Notes: generated by a model from the letters alone, not told the origin. Numbered from the whole stretch's first letter, positions 1 through 12,925 are shown. The stretch is 63,511 bases of DNA, filler included, from Chiloscyllium plagiosum (GCF_004010195.1; 4 parts of one record of this genome joined end to end with filler, not necessarily neighbours in it); one strand, 5' to 3'. Translations and numbers: made by a program.

Positions 1-240
1 GGTGCACTTCCTGCAAGTGTAATCAGCAGGGACGACCATGGCATCCCTCACCTCAAACATGTTGCAAGAGGAACAGTGCACTGCCTTCACTGCCATCCCT
101 CTAAAAGTAACCTTTTTAAAAAAACTAGGTCTAAAGAAGAGAACAAGCAAAAGGCAGCACTTACCTACTTACCACAACGGGTCTTATCACAACGGGTCTT
201 ATTATTAGGTTAGAGAAGGAGGGTGGGTGGGAGACTCTAC
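1..240 (-). mobile_element. CR1-type LINE 5' end (5'UTR plus start of the ORF1 zinc finger), running off the window
   Basis: Minus-strand ATG at 96 reads MAVKAVHCSSCNMFEVRDAMVVPADYTCRKCT (CxxC...CxxC), homologous to the ORF1 at 57962-58396. UTR motif TTAGGTTAGAG(A/G)AGGAGGG is shared with ~58535-58555. Confidence 0.8.
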
Positions 241-244
241 AGTT

Positions 245-620
245 GTCTACAGTTGATTGCGACATATAAGATTATTAAAGAATTGGACACTCTGGAGGCA
301 GGAAACATGTTTCTGCTGATGGGTGAGTGCCGAACCAGAGGACACAGCTTAAAAATATGGGGTAGACCATTTAGGACAGAGATGAGGAGAAACTTCTTCA
401 CCCAGAGATTGGTGGCTGTGTGGAATGCTCTGCCCCAGAGGGCAGTGGAGGCCCAGTCTCTGGATTCATTTAAGAAAGAGTTGGATAGGGCTCTCAAGGA
501 TTGTGGAATCAAGGGTTATGGAGATAAGGCAGGAACAGGATACTGATTAAGGATGATCATATTGAATGGTGGTGCAGGCTGGAAGGGCAGAATGGCCTAC
601 CCCTGCACCTATTGTCTAGA
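245..620 (+). mobile_element. CR1 LINE 3' fragment
   Basis: Translates to RTRGHSLKI..FRTEMRRNFFTQRLVAVWNALP..FKKELD, the typical CR1 ORF2 C-terminus, followed by 3'UTR. Confidence 0.9.
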
Positions 621-1271
621 GTTATTTTGGATTTTTTTTGTATTCGGACCTGTTGAAAGTTGTTGTTACACGCCTGTGGAGTAGATGGGACTTGAACCCA
701 GGTCTCCTGGCTCAGTGGTAGGGACATGATGTGTAAAAAAGAATTGGAATGTACAAGTGCAATCCAATGCTAATGTTGATTCCTTACTGCCCTGAAAGCT
801 TTGAGTCTTTTATTGACCACTACAGAATGCAACCAATCCAATGTTGCAATATAATTGGGTTCTCAGTTTGGTAACACACAAAACATCCTGCACAGAATTG
901 ATACAACTATAGGAAGAACATTTTGCTTACAGTGTCTTTCACAGCCTCAAGATGCGTAAATGTACTTCATGGACTAAGAGGTACTTTGGAAGGATAGTCA
1001 CTGTTGCAATGTAATAAATAAATTGAAGCAATTAATTTGCACACAGCAAGAACCTGCAAGTAGGAGTGAGATACTTGACTAGACAATGTTAGCGATGTCA
1101 GGGAACTGTCGAAACAATAACTAATGAGTACCTATTTCTGAGACAATGTCTCTAGCATTTTTTAAAAACTCACTTCAATGACGACTGCCAAGCATTCAGA
1201 AACCATGAGAGCTATATCTCTTTAAAGGATGTTTTATTAATGTGAGGTACGTCTTTACAGAAATAGTTCCC

Positions 1272-1365
1272 TTTCCTAATGAAGGGCTTGTGCTCGAAAT
1301 GTCGACTCTTCTGCTCCTCAGACGCTGCCTGACTGGCTGCACTTTTCCAGCACCACACTCTTTGA
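1272..1365 (+). mobile_element. PLE terminal fragment with degenerate hammerhead motif
   Basis: CTAATGA-AGGGCTTGTGCTC-GAAATGTC followed by the CCTGCTCCTCGGATGCTGCCTGA-type tail seen in other copies. Confidence 0.75.
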
Positions 1366-1805
1366 CCCATTCGTTTAGTCACCTGTCTAAAGTACTTAAT
1401 CTCCTCACACTGTAGATTTCCATGGGTTTTTTTTGTAAAAATAAATATTTTATTAGAAACCTTTTAAAATCTTTTACAAAAGATCTATACACAAAAAAAA
1501 GAGTAAATCAAAATACAGATAGAGGCAGTACGATGTCCTATCACGATACTATTAATAATAAACTACCTACTATCCTACCAGAAGACGTATCTACTTAAAC
1601 TAAACTACAAACAAATGTAATAAAAAATAAATTAAACTGAGTTCAAATTAACCAATTAAATTATATCTCACTACTTTATTCTATTTCACTCATCACACCT
1701 CCACTGATACTCCCATTCCTAGGAACACTAGTCATTGCACCCATATTCTTTTCCCCCAGCCTCCCTCTCCTAGGGCCCCACGGGCACCCAGACAGATTCC
1801 TACGG

Positions 1806-3929
1806 CTATACCACGGCCCTAATTAATATTGCTGATATGTCTGAGTCAATATAATGTAAAAAGGGTCGCCACATCTTATAAAACTGCTCCATTTTGGGGT
1901 GGTAGTCCATATTTGTGAGGTAGTCTTGGGGGAGATGCTCCATCACCAGCCTACCCCACCCCATAAGACCTGGTGGTTTTTCCAACGTCCAACTCATCAA
2001 AATGTTCGTTCTGGCACAGTGGGTAAGAATGTTACACACAATCTTTTCCTGTGTTCCCCCAGAGAGGGCAAATTTGGCAACCTCAGAAGAAGAAATACCA
2101 GATCCACTTTAACTTCGATATCCAAGATCTCCTTCAGCTCCTTTACTTCAGCACTCCAGTATCTCTGGATCTTAACACTGCTATGGGTCATGTTGTAAGA
2201 GTGCCTATACCAATATTACATTTGGGACGCCCTGATGACAATCCTCTCTTGAACTTAGTTGGCCTCTCTGGCGTCCTATGAGCCCAGTGCAAAATCTTCA
2301 AATGCATGGCCTGTGCTCTGCTACATACTGAAATTTTCCTTATATTTTCCCATTTATTTTCCCATACCTCCAATGAGATAACCTCACTAGCTCTCGATTC
2401 CACGTCCTACAGAGTCTTTAATGTGTCCCCTAAGGCATGTCCCTTCTGTAAATGATACAAAGTACTAACTGAAAGTGTGCTCGTACACTGGAGCAGTCTT
2501 TTCTCCACGCCTGACTTGTAAAAACGATTCAGGAGTGTGATCTTCCTCTGTACATAATCCCTTATCTTAAAGTACCGGAAAGAATCCCTATTTGACAATC
2601 CATATTTCTGACTTAGCTGGCTAAATGACATCAAGACCTCCCCCTCGAATAAATCTCCCCGACAGGAAATTTCCTTATTCTCCTACAGCTTAAAGCCGGA
2701 GTCCATTGACCTCCCACCAATGGGGTAAACAGTGAGGTCTTAAGCCAACTACCCTCATCTTGCCTCATTATACTCCAGGCCTTCACTGTATTTAAGATGA
2801 TTGGACTCGTACACTGCTTGGTCACAGATTTCATCTTATCCATAAATAATAGATTAACTAGGGCACATTTCGACTGCAAGACTTCAACATCAAGCCAAAT
2901 CAATTCTGAATACCTCCTTAGTACCTCCCAAAATATTGCCGGATCACTGGCCATACCAGAATTGATATCCCAGAAGGTCCTGACCTTTCTTGTGATGTAC
3001 TCAACGAATTTGCTATCCCTTAACAGGAATGGGCCCATACACCGGTGCTGTGCATCTGTTCTACCATCCTTGATTTTAATATCTAAATACACTGGTGCAT
3101 GGTCCGAGACAGCTATATTCCCAATTTTGCATGCCAATGTTCTGTCCAAACAATTGGACGGCATAAAAAACATGTCAATTCACTTATGGCACTTGTGTGG
3201 GTTGGAATAGAAAGTAAAGTCTCTTTCATTAGGGTGGAGATACCTCCACACATCCACCAATCCCAACTCCTCACACACGTCCACCAACTGCTTAGAGAGT
3301 GCACAGGCATGCCCACTGGGCTCCTTGGCATCCTGGCTAACTCGGGACCCATTCCGCAGTTAAAATCCCATCCTATGATCATGTGGCGCGCCCCAAGACT
3401 CATTAATTTAGCAACTGCATCAATTAGAAATTTAAACGGGTGCGCCGGGAAACAATACAATTAAGAACGTCATACTCTTCTCCATGTTTTAAAGCTTTAA
3501 GAATGATGAACCATCCTTAATTTCGTCCTTAATTTGCTCAATTACGTGGAATGGGAGGTTCTTTCTTGATGAAGGGCTTTTGCCCGAAACGTCGATTTTG
3601 CTGCTCCTCGGATGCTGCCTGAACTGCTGTGCTCTTCCAGCACCAATAATCCAAAATCTGGTTTCCAGCATCTGCAGTCATTGTTTTTACATGGTTCTTT
3701 CTTCCCAGTATAGCCATTCCTCTACCCTTAGAGTTAAAGGAGGAGAAGAATACCATGTCATAACCCCCTAGCTGCATTTTCAGATGTTCCTTATCAGTTA
3801 AATGCGTCTCCTGCAGCAGGGCAATGTCCACCCTTTCCTTTCTAAGGCTTGACAGCACCTTCTTTCCTTTAATGGGGGAATGGCTCCCTTTTACATTCCA
3901 GGTGCACCACCTGAAGGATCACTAGCCAT
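1806..3929 (-). pseudogene. L1 ORF2 remnant: APE endonuclease fused directly to the C-terminal region
   Basis: NVKG..DIALLQETHL..KGRGMAIL, IIGWDFN and SDHAPV endonuclease motifs, then a jump near 2925 to C-terminal LKILHWAH..KC..KIQRYW. No QGxPLS or YADD/FADD motif found. Confidence 0.85.
3568..3692 (+). mobile_element. 125-bp PLE-end/HHR mini-insertion inside the L1 endonuclease
   Basis: 11-bp TSD GGTTCTTTCTT at 3557-3567 and 3693-3703. Removing it restores L1 ILGRKN-LPFHVIEQIKDE. Confidence 0.9.
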
Positions 3930-4509
3930 GGTTGTCCAGGGCAGCCAGTGGTTTCCCAAGAGGAGGAAGTTTATCTGAGATACAGCTAGCGACAAAGACA
4001 TTAACTCTATAAAGTCTAAAAACTTCTTTAAAAATTATTACAACTAAAAAAACTAATCGCTACATTTAACCGGAGAAAACACCCATATAATCCCCAATTC
4101 ACAAGAGATTCCACGCTTACCCACAGGGGGCACTCCTTCCAATCCTTGCTACCATCCCAACTCCAGCGGAGGCCGTGCCCTAGCGCCAGGCAATTCACAA
4201 ATGAAGAAAACTTATTATTTACATTCTGAGAGTTAACAATGGATACCATCCACCACCCCCTCCACACATCTTAGCCACAGGCAAAGCCACCCCAATCCAA
4301 AAACAAAAGAGCAACAGTAAAAGAAAAAGCCCCAGATAATACCCAACCAACCGATGTACGAAATAATTCCGGTTTTACAGCGAGGCAGTACATATAAAGT
4401 GGATAACCACAAAAAACAAGAGGGAGAAAGGTGAAAAGAAAGAGCAAAAAAAACCTATGCCATAGTCCGTAGCAATGTCTCTCCCCACCCCACCCCGATC
4501 TGAGTCCTT

Positions 4510-5339
4510 TAATTCAGAGAATTTAAAGGTCCTTTGCCTTTTCTGCAGAATCAAAATTATATACCGCCCCTCCATAAGCAAAACGCAAGAAATACTGAAC
4601 GTTCAGATCCCTTAACTTTCTCATAACTTCAAACACCCTTCTCTTATTAATTAGGGCTCCTGAGAAGTCCTGAAAAAAACATTATTCTTGAGTCTTTGTA
4701 CATTAAAGCCTGTGCATCTCTTCCCGGTCTTCTTGCTGTTTCAATCACTAACTATTTTTCTTTATAATACAGCAGTCGCACAAGGACCCCACAGGGGCGC
4801 GGGTCCAACCCAGACCTGTGCATTTCAATCCATTGGGCCCACTCCACACTCAACAGGCCCAACTCCAACTCCAGCCCCAGGAGCTTCGTGAGCCACCTCT
4901 CCAGGAAGCCAATGAGGTCTTCGTCTTCCTCATGTTCCAGAAGACCCATGAGCCGTAAGTTTTGTCTTCTATTTTTATTTTCCAGGTCACCCACTTGTTC
5001 CTGTAGGACCCAAACCTGGTCTTCGAGCGATTGGATCCTTCTTCCTGAGACCTCTGCCACGGTCTCCAATGCCACGGTGCTCTCCTCCACTGCCTCTATT
5101 CTTCAATCCAACAGTTGCATTTCCCGCTCATGCCTTTTCAGCATGGCAGATAGTGGTTCCACCACTGCTTCAATCTTTTCTCAGAATATAGCAAACTCAG
5201 AGAGTAACTGCTGCTGCCCCATTAAATCCAAAGGGGCCACCCTAGGAGTTTAAGCAATAGCTGCAGGCACCCCCGATGCAGTAGGGGAGTGCCCTGCCTG
5301 CTGCACTGCTTTAGGCCCCTTTCCTTTATTTGCTTTCAT
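4510..5339 (-). pseudogene. L1 ORF1 remnant (coiled coil plus RRM)
   Basis: MKANKGKG.. start at 5339; IQSLEDQV..DLENKNRRQNLRLMGLLEHEEDEDLIGFLERWL is the L1 ORF1 RRxNxRxxG motif. Contains stops/frameshifts. Confidence 0.85.
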
Positions 5340-6071
5340 CCTGATCTTAAAGCTGTTAAACCACAATTTTAGCAGTTCTAGATATTAGCAATTTTTTTTT
5401 CTCCTGGGATGGTTGATGAGGGGAGGTAAAGGTCCACCTTGCCAGGGGGTATGGCCCAGCACAACAGACCACTCAGACAGCCGCCATCTTGGAACTCAGA
5501 TTTCCATTATTTTTGATGTACATTGTCCAATCTTAGCAGAGGAAAATTATTCTTCTATATGCAACAATTTCAGAATGTCAGTCAGTTAATAGTCCACAGT
5601 TCACACAAATATAAGAGAAACCACAGAGTTAACAAGCTCATTTTCAGACATATGATCTGGTCCAGCCTACAATGAAGATCTTCAGCATGGCTACGTGACG
5701 AGAAGGTGCACTGTCCCTACTCTATTTTTGGGAACACAAGCTTGCAGTTTGTGCTGCTTGTGTTAGGTTGTTTTTTATTGATACTTTTGTCATCAAGTCT
5801 AAGGCTGCAGCTTCAAACCCTAGTCCAAGGACAACAGCATATAACTGAGGAAGACACTTGAGAGCAGCACTACACTTCCTGATGGGGAAGGAAACTGCAG
5901 GGGATGGGCACAAGTTGCTCCACTTCAATGACAAGCAAAATACTCAAAGGTTTTTCAAAAAAATTGACAAAGGTATGAGGAAGCTGCATTGGGTATGAGG
6001 AAGCTGCATTGCTTTCTTGCTTTTGCACCTTTAACTCTCTGTTCGTGGGAATAACGTGCACATGGACTACC

Positions 6072-6571
6072 NNNNNNNNNNNNNNNNNNNNNNNNNNNNN
6101 NNNNNNNNNNNNNNNNNNNNNNNNNNNNNNNNNNNNNNNNNNNNNNNNNNNNNNNNNNNNNNNNNNNNNNNNNNNNNNNNNNNNNNNNNNNNNNNNNNNN
6201 NNNNNNNNNNNNNNNNNNNNNNNNNNNNNNNNNNNNNNNNNNNNNNNNNNNNNNNNNNNNNNNNNNNNNNNNNNNNNNNNNNNNNNNNNNNNNNNNNNNN
6301 NNNNNNNNNNNNNNNNNNNNNNNNNNNNNNNNNNNNNNNNNNNNNNNNNNNNNNNNNNNNNNNNNNNNNNNNNNNNNNNNNNNNNNNNNNNNNNNNNNNN
6401 NNNNNNNNNNNNNNNNNNNNNNNNNNNNNNNNNNNNNNNNNNNNNNNNNNNNNNNNNNNNNNNNNNNNNNNNNNNNNNNNNNNNNNNNNNNNNNNNNNNN
6501 NNNNNNNNNNNNNNNNNNNNNNNNNNNNNNNNNNNNNNNNNNNNNNNNNNNNNNNNNNNNNNNNNNNNNNN
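6072..6571. other. Assembly gap (500 N)
   Basis: Run of N. Confidence 1.
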
Positions 6572-8740
6572 TTTAGTGAAGGGAAGGGATAGGCATATAC
6601 CGCACTGCAAGAGTTATCGCTGGGGGGAGAAAGGCAATTATGATATGATTCAGGATGCATAGGATGGGGAAGGAAACTGCAGGGGATGGGCACAATAGAA
6701 ATGTGGAGCTTATTCAAGGACCAGCTACTGCGGGTTCTTGTTAAGTATGTACCTGCCAGGCAGGGAAGAAGTTGTCGAATGCGGGAGCCGTAGAAATTGA
6801 ATCTCTTGTCAAAAGGAAGACTACTTATGTTAGGATGAGATGTGGTGGCTCAGTTAGGGTGCTTGAGAGTTACAAGTTAGCCAGGAAAGACCTAAAGAGA
6901 GACCTAAGAAGAGTCAAGAGGGAACATGAGAAGTCAATGGCAGATAGGATCAGGGAATACCTTGAGACTTTCTATAGCTATATCAGGAATTAAAGAATGA
7001 CTAGAGTACGATTAGGGCCCATCAGACATAGTAGTGGGAATTTGTGGCTGGAGTGTGAGGAGATAGGCGAGGCGCTAAATGAATACTTTTCGTTAGTATT
7101 CACACTGGAAAAAGACAATGTGATCGAGGAGAACACTGAGATACAGGCTACTAGACTAGATGGGATTGAGGTGCATAAGGAGGAGGTGTTTGCAATTCTG
7201 GAAAGTGTAAAAATAGCTAAGTCCCATGGGCTGGATGGGATTTATCCTAAGATTCTTTGATAGGCCCGGGAGGAGATTGCTGAGCCTTTGGCTTTGATCT
7301 TTAGGTCGTCATTGTCTACAAGAATAGTGCCAGAAGACTGGAGGATAACAAATGTTGTCTCCTTGTTCAAGAAGAGGAGTAGAGATAACCTGGAAATTAA
7401 ATACCTGTGAGCGTTACTTCAGTTGTGGGTAAAGTGTTGGAAAGGGTTCTAAGAGATAGTCATCTCTAGATGATTATAAATCCTAAATTGATTAGGGATA
7501 GTCAAGATGGCTTTGTGAAGCGTAGGTCGTGTCTTACAAACCTTATTGAGTTCTTTGAGAAGGTGACCAAACGGGTCGATGAGGGAAAAACGGTTGATGT
7601 AGGGTATATGGATATCAGTAAGGCATTTGATAAGGTTCCCCACAGGAGGCTATCGCAGAAAATATGGAGGCATGGGATTAAGTATGATTTGGTGGTTTGG
7701 ATCAGAAATTGGCTAGCTGAAAGAAGAGGGTGGTGGTTGATGGGAAAAATTCAACCTAGATTTCAATTACGAATAGAGTACCGGAAGGATCTGTCTTGGG
7801 TCCACTGCTGTTTGATATTTATATTAATGACCTGGATGAGGCATAGAAGGATGGGTTAATAAATTTGCAGACGACATTAAGGTTGGTAGAGTTGTGGATA
7901 GTTACACAGGATGCTGCAGGTTACGGAGAGACACTGATAAGCTGCAGAGCTGGGCTGCTAGGTGGCAAATGGAGTTTAATGTGGAAAAGTGTGAGGTGAT
8001 TCATTTTGGAAGGAGTAACAGGAATGCAGAGTACTGGGCTAATGATAAGACTCTTGGTAGTGTAGATGAGCGGAGAGATCTCAGTGTCGAGGTACATAGA
8101 TCTTTGGAAGTTGCAAGGATTGTTAAGAAGGCATATGGTGTGTTAGCTTTTATTGGTAGGAGAATTGACTTTTGGAACCATGAGATCATGCTGCCGCTGT
8201 ACAAAACTCTGGTGCGGCCACATTAGGAGTATTGTGTACAGTTCTGGTCACCACATTATAGGAAGGATGTGGAAGCTTTGGAAAGTGCTCAAAGGAGATT
8301 TACTTGGATGTTACCTGGTATGGAGGGAAGGTCTTATAAGGCACGGCTGAGGGACTTGAGACTGTTTTCATTAGGGAGAAGAAGGTTGAGAGGCAACTTA
8401 ATTGAGACAGGAGATAATTAGAAGGTTAGATAGGTTGGACAGTAAGAGCCTTTTTCCTCAGATGGCAATGGCTAGCATAAGGGGACATAGCTTTAAATTG
8501 AGGGGTAATAGATGTCAGAGGTAGTTTTTTTACTTAGAGATTAGCAGAGGCATGGAATGCACTGCCTGTAACAGTAGTAGACTTGCTAACTTTAAGGTCA
8601 TTTAAATGATCATTGGATAGGCATATGGACAAGAACGGAATAGTGTAGGTTAAATGGACTTCAGATTGATTCCACAGGTTGGCGCAACCTCGAGAGCCAA
8701 AGGGCCTGTACTGCACTGTAATGTTCTATATTCTATGAAC
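6572..8740 (+). mobile_element. CR1 (HER1-like) LINE, 5'-truncated, decayed ORF2/RT
   Basis: RSCLTNLIEFFEKVT..VDVGYMDISKAFDKVPH, KFADD, WQMEFNVEKCEVIHFG; many stops; CR1 3'UTR ending in TTCTAT-type repeats. Confidence 0.92.
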
Positions 8741-8840
8741 ACATCAATGCTTCAGAAAATATGGATAGTAGAGAAAAAATTGCATTGCTGCCTAGCAATA
8801 TGCCCTATGATATAGTGAGGCAGAGACAGAAACAAGTTAC

Positions 8841-8911
8841 CTTTAAGACAGACAAACAGAGCCATCTACAAGAGGATCAGTGAGTAAGTAAGGTTCTTTC
8901 TGTAGAAGAAA
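8841..8911 (-). other. Candidate exon (FLLQKEPYLLTDPLVDGSVCLS*)
   Basis: Long polypyrimidine acceptor (..TTTTCTCTTTTGTCTGACCAG) and AAG|GTAACT donor; phase-compatible with 12132-12204. Confidence 0.35.
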
Positions 8912-9479
8912 CTGGTCAGACAAAAGAGAAAACAAAATACACATTAGCAGTCTGCAAAACAGTCATGACAGAAGGAAAGCCCCAAGTGGCTTCGATAAAA
9001 AGAAAAATTCCAGAAGCAGAAGGCTTTATGGTATCAAAGTGGATGAGTATTTCAGCAGCAAGTAAGATGAAGTAGGACAAAGTCAGACAATGTTAAGAGG
9101 TGAAAATAGGAGGTCTATGTCATGGTATAGATACATGGTTGGAAGTTCACCTGAATGTTTGACATGACAAAAAAAATTGTTAACAGTCCAGTTTAACATC
9201 AAGCACTAAGACTGAATGTGTGTGGATAGTGAAAGTTCAAGTCTGGGCTCACTTGAGTGAAGCCTGCCCACAGAGTTTTATTTGATGTAACAGCAAATTA
9301 CATAAGTGGTCAGAAGATTCCAAGTGCATTTCTCAAGAAGGGTTTGTCAGATTGGTGGGGTGGTAAGGCAAGAAAAACATTGGCGAGGGGAAACAAATAC
9401 TCCAAGTACTTGCTGCACTGCTGCTACATTTTTCTTTGTTCAAAAAGGTCAGCATGAAACTGAATCATACCAGTGTTAA

Positions 9480-9957
9480 GAAAAAGTATACAGTTAATGG
9501 CAGGACCCTGCACAGCAGTCATGTAGAGAGGGATCTTGAGGTTCATGTGCATAGCTCCCTAAAAATGGCCACATAAGTAGATAGGGTGGTGAAGGTGGCA
9601 TATGGCATGCTTGCCTTTGTTGGTCGGAACACTGGGTACAAGAGTCAAGAGGCCATGTTGCAACTTTATAAAACTTTGGTTAGTCCACACTTTGAGTATT
9701 GCGATCAATTCTGGTCACTATGTTACAGGAAGGATGCAGAGGCTTTGGAGAGGACACAGAAGTAGTTTACCAGGATGCTGCCTGGATTAAAGGATACGAG
9801 CTAGAAAATCTTAGCTTGTTTTCTCTGGAGTGGTGGAGGCTGAGGGGAGACTTGATGGAAGTCTATAATATTATGAGGGGTTTGGATAGGGCTGACAGTC
9901 AGAATCCTTTCCCCCCCCAAAGAGTTGAAATGTCTCATACTGGGGGGCATGCACTTC

Positions 9958-9998
<41 letters not shown>

Positions 9999-10250
9999 GC
10001 GGGGGGATTCAAAATAGATGGAAGGGTAATTTTCTTTTACACAGATGGGTAGGTGTTTGGAATGTGTCGTCGTGGTGGAGATGGAGGCACATTGAAGTGT
10101 TTAAGGGGCTTTTGGATAAGCAAATGAATATGCAAGGAATGGAGGGATATGGATTAAAGGCAGGCAGCAGGGATTAGTTTAATTTGGCACCGTGTTCGGC
10201 AGAAAAAACAGTGGGCTAAAAGGCCCATTCCTGTGCTGTACTGTTCTATG
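9480..10250 (+). mobile_element. CR1 3' fragment containing a (TG)n microsatellite at ~9960-9996
   Basis: LSLFSLEWWRLRGDLMEVYNIMRGLDR; TG repeat. Confidence 0.85.
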
Positions 10251-11254
10251 TACCGCCTACAAGAATAACTTTATTTTCCTACAGATCAAGATGTGGATTC
10301 ACAATAATGAAGGTTCAAGCATTAAGCAACCCCAGGAGGTATGTCCCAGCTAAACAATAGCTGCTGGAAACACAATCTAACATTTAACCCATGGAGAACT
10401 TAAAAATTCTGCTTGATTTTAACTAAACATAATGAACAGAGGCAAGGAGGTATAGACATGTAGGGTTTCACTTGGATCTTGAATAGACATCTTGAAAAGC
10501 AAAATTACCAACATGATCAACTAACTGGTCTAGTAAACAGTAATATGTGCAAACACCCTTCTGCCTCTGCTGTCAGGCAGGTTATCAGTTCCAACAGCTG
10601 TAAGGCATGTTTAATTACATTTCAGGGAAAACTCTTAGGCAAGAATGCTTTTGTGACTGCTACAGTCTGGCATCAATTTTTGGCCCTGGTGGAATGCAGT
10701 ATTTGGAATATTTAGGCAGATCTGCCTACAGACATCTCAAACTAGCAGTCAGCAATTGGAGAAAAAGGGACAGCCAGGTCCTTGAAGTTCAGCATTTTGC
10801 CACTGAGACTGAATTCAGTTTTCAGCTGGGGTGTGGTCAGATGATGAATGAAACATTGCTGTTTTTGTTTGCACATGCTAAACATTTGAAACAGATTAAT
10901 GTTGTTGAGGTTGATGCTTTTACACAAGGTTATTTAAAGATAACATTCTGGGGTATTCTTCCCACATCACAATAACGCTACCACAACCTTGTTCACATTA
11001 AACTTAGCATAACAGATACTGGTTGTCATACGTCACAGGATGTAGCCTCTGCCAAGTATTTGAAAAAAGAAACTAGCCAATTAATTCCACTCCCCAAGTT
11101 CCTTCTCCACAGCCTTTCAATTTATTTCTCTTCATGTATTTATCCAATTCTCACTTGAAAGCGATTATTCACCATCCTTTCAGGCACTCAAAATCATAAC
11201 TTCAAGTGAACAAAAAGAAACCACGTCTCTCCTCTTGTGCTCTAGCCAATTATC

Positions 11255-11590
11255 ATAGAATCCCTGCAGTACAGAATCCCTGCAGGCCATTCAGTCCACA
11301 TCAACCCTCTGAAGAATATCCCACCGAGACCCATTCCCCCACCCTACTACTCTACATTGCCCCTGACTAATGCACCTAGCCTACATATCCCTGAATAATG
11401 TGGGCAATTTAGCATGGCCAATTCACCTAACTTGCACATCTTTGCACTGTGGAAGGAAACTGGAGCACCCAGAGGAAACCCATGCAGACATGGGCAAACT
11501 CCACACAGACAGTTGCCGAGGCTAGAATCGAATCCAGGTCCCTGGCGTTGTGAGGGAGCAGTGCTAACCACTGAGCCACCGTGCCGCCCA
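11255..11590 (-). mobile_element. tRNA-derived HE1-like V-SINE
   Basis: Minus-strand head GGGCGGCACGGTGGCTCAGTGGTTAGCACTGCT..(A box) and GGATTCGATTC (B-box-like), core TGTGTGGAGTTTG..GGGTTTCCTC, CR1-like tail. Confidence 0.9.
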
Positions 11591-12131
11591 AATGATTTTA
11601 AATTGGTAAACTTTGGTAGCTATCCCTCCTGCCAATGGAAACAGTTTCACCACAATTACTGCATCAAAGCCCTTCATAAGTTGGTCCATCTGCCATACTT
11701 CTCATGAACAAAGTAGGAGAAAAGTTTACAGCACAGGAGATCATTCAGCTCATAGTGGCCACGCCAGCTGAAAAAAAATCATCCATTCTATTTTCACCTT
11801 ACATTTATTTTGAAAAGCATCTCAAGTGCATATCCAAAGGAATATTGCCTTCTCCATAAAGGACAATCTCAACTTCCCTAGGCTTTCTGCATAACTGAAA
11901 TCCATTATCCTTGGAGCCATTCAATAATCTCTCTGCCTTACCAGGCCACCCTTTCTAAAGCTCAGAACTGAATACAATATAGATTCATTTATTTCAGTCG
12001 GAGACGTTAATGAGATCTGTAAGTATGAAAGTTTAGCTATGCAAATAAGTTAGGCCGCTTCATCCTATTAATTAAAATTTGCAGGAATTCCAAGAAACCA
12101 CAACAGATATCCAGCACAGGAATACTCTAAC

Positions 12132-12204
12132 CTCTCCAGTCCAGAATTCTTGATATCCATAAACGTCAGCTGTCCTGAATTTCTTCTCCCCCTGCCGCCT
12201 CATC
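12132..12204 (-). CDS. Candidate coding exon of an unidentified gene (MRRQGEKKFRTADVYGYQEFWTGE)
   Basis: ..TTCATGCACAG| acceptor, GAG|GTTAGA donor, 73 nt open; joins in phase (AG|G) with 15259-15302. Confidence 0.45.
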
Positions 12205-12279
12205 CTGTGCATGAATGAATAAATAAATAAAGAGACCCTACAAATCTAAGACTTTTGATTAGATTTATTATTGTCACAT

Positions 12280-12925
12280 TGAGTCATCATACAGCATGGA
12301 AACAGACCCTTCGATTCCAACTCGTCCATGCCAAACAGATAAATTAATCTCATTCCATTTGCTTGCATTTGGCGCATATTCCTCAAAATCCTTCTAGTCA
12401 TATACCCATCCAGGTGTCTTTCAAATGCTGCCAATTTTACCAGCCTCCACCACTTCCTCTGGCAGCTCAGTCCATACATCCACCACCCTCTGTGATGACA
12501 TGTTGCCCCTTCGGTCCCTTTTAAATCTTTCCCCTGAAACTATGCCCTCTAGTCTTGGACTCTCCTTACTTCAGGGAAAAGACCTTGTCTATTCTCCCTA
12601 TCCATGCTCATGATTTTATAAACCTCTATAAAGTCGCCCCTCAGCCTCCAACACTCCAGGGAATATAGCCCCAGCCTATTCAGTCTCTCCCGAAAGTTCA
12701 AACCCTACAACACTGGCAAACTCCTTGTAAATTCTTTCTGAATCCTTTCAAGTTTCACAACATCCTTCCTACAGCAGGGAGACCAGAACTGCACACAGTA
12801 TTCCAAAAATGACCTAACCAATGTCCTGTATAGACACATTACCTCTAAAGCCCTATACTCCATGCATTGATCAATAAAAGGAAATCATACCAAACGCCTC
12901 CTTCACTATCCTGTTTACCTGCATC
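12280..12925 (-). mobile_element. CR1 3' fragment
   Basis: Reverse complement of the CR1 ORF2 C-terminus and 3'UTR seen at 19800-20450. Confidence 0.88.

Larger units (their letters stand above)
1424..5497 (-). mobile_element. L1-clade LINE with both ends present and the RT domain internally deleted
   Basis: 10-bp TSD AGATTTCCAT at 1414-1423 and 5498-5507. 5' end CCAAGATGGCGG (YY1-like). AATAAA and an A-tail near 1427-1455. ORF1 and ORF2 remnants present. Confidence 0.9.

Noticed and set aside
5722..5934. 70-aa minus-strand ORF as an exon of the candidate gene
   Set aside because: Starts within a CR1 scrap, lacks convincing splice borders and has no recognisable motif.
5870..6717. Long ORFs containing X runs (also 24054-24449)
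   Set aside because: They only span N gaps.
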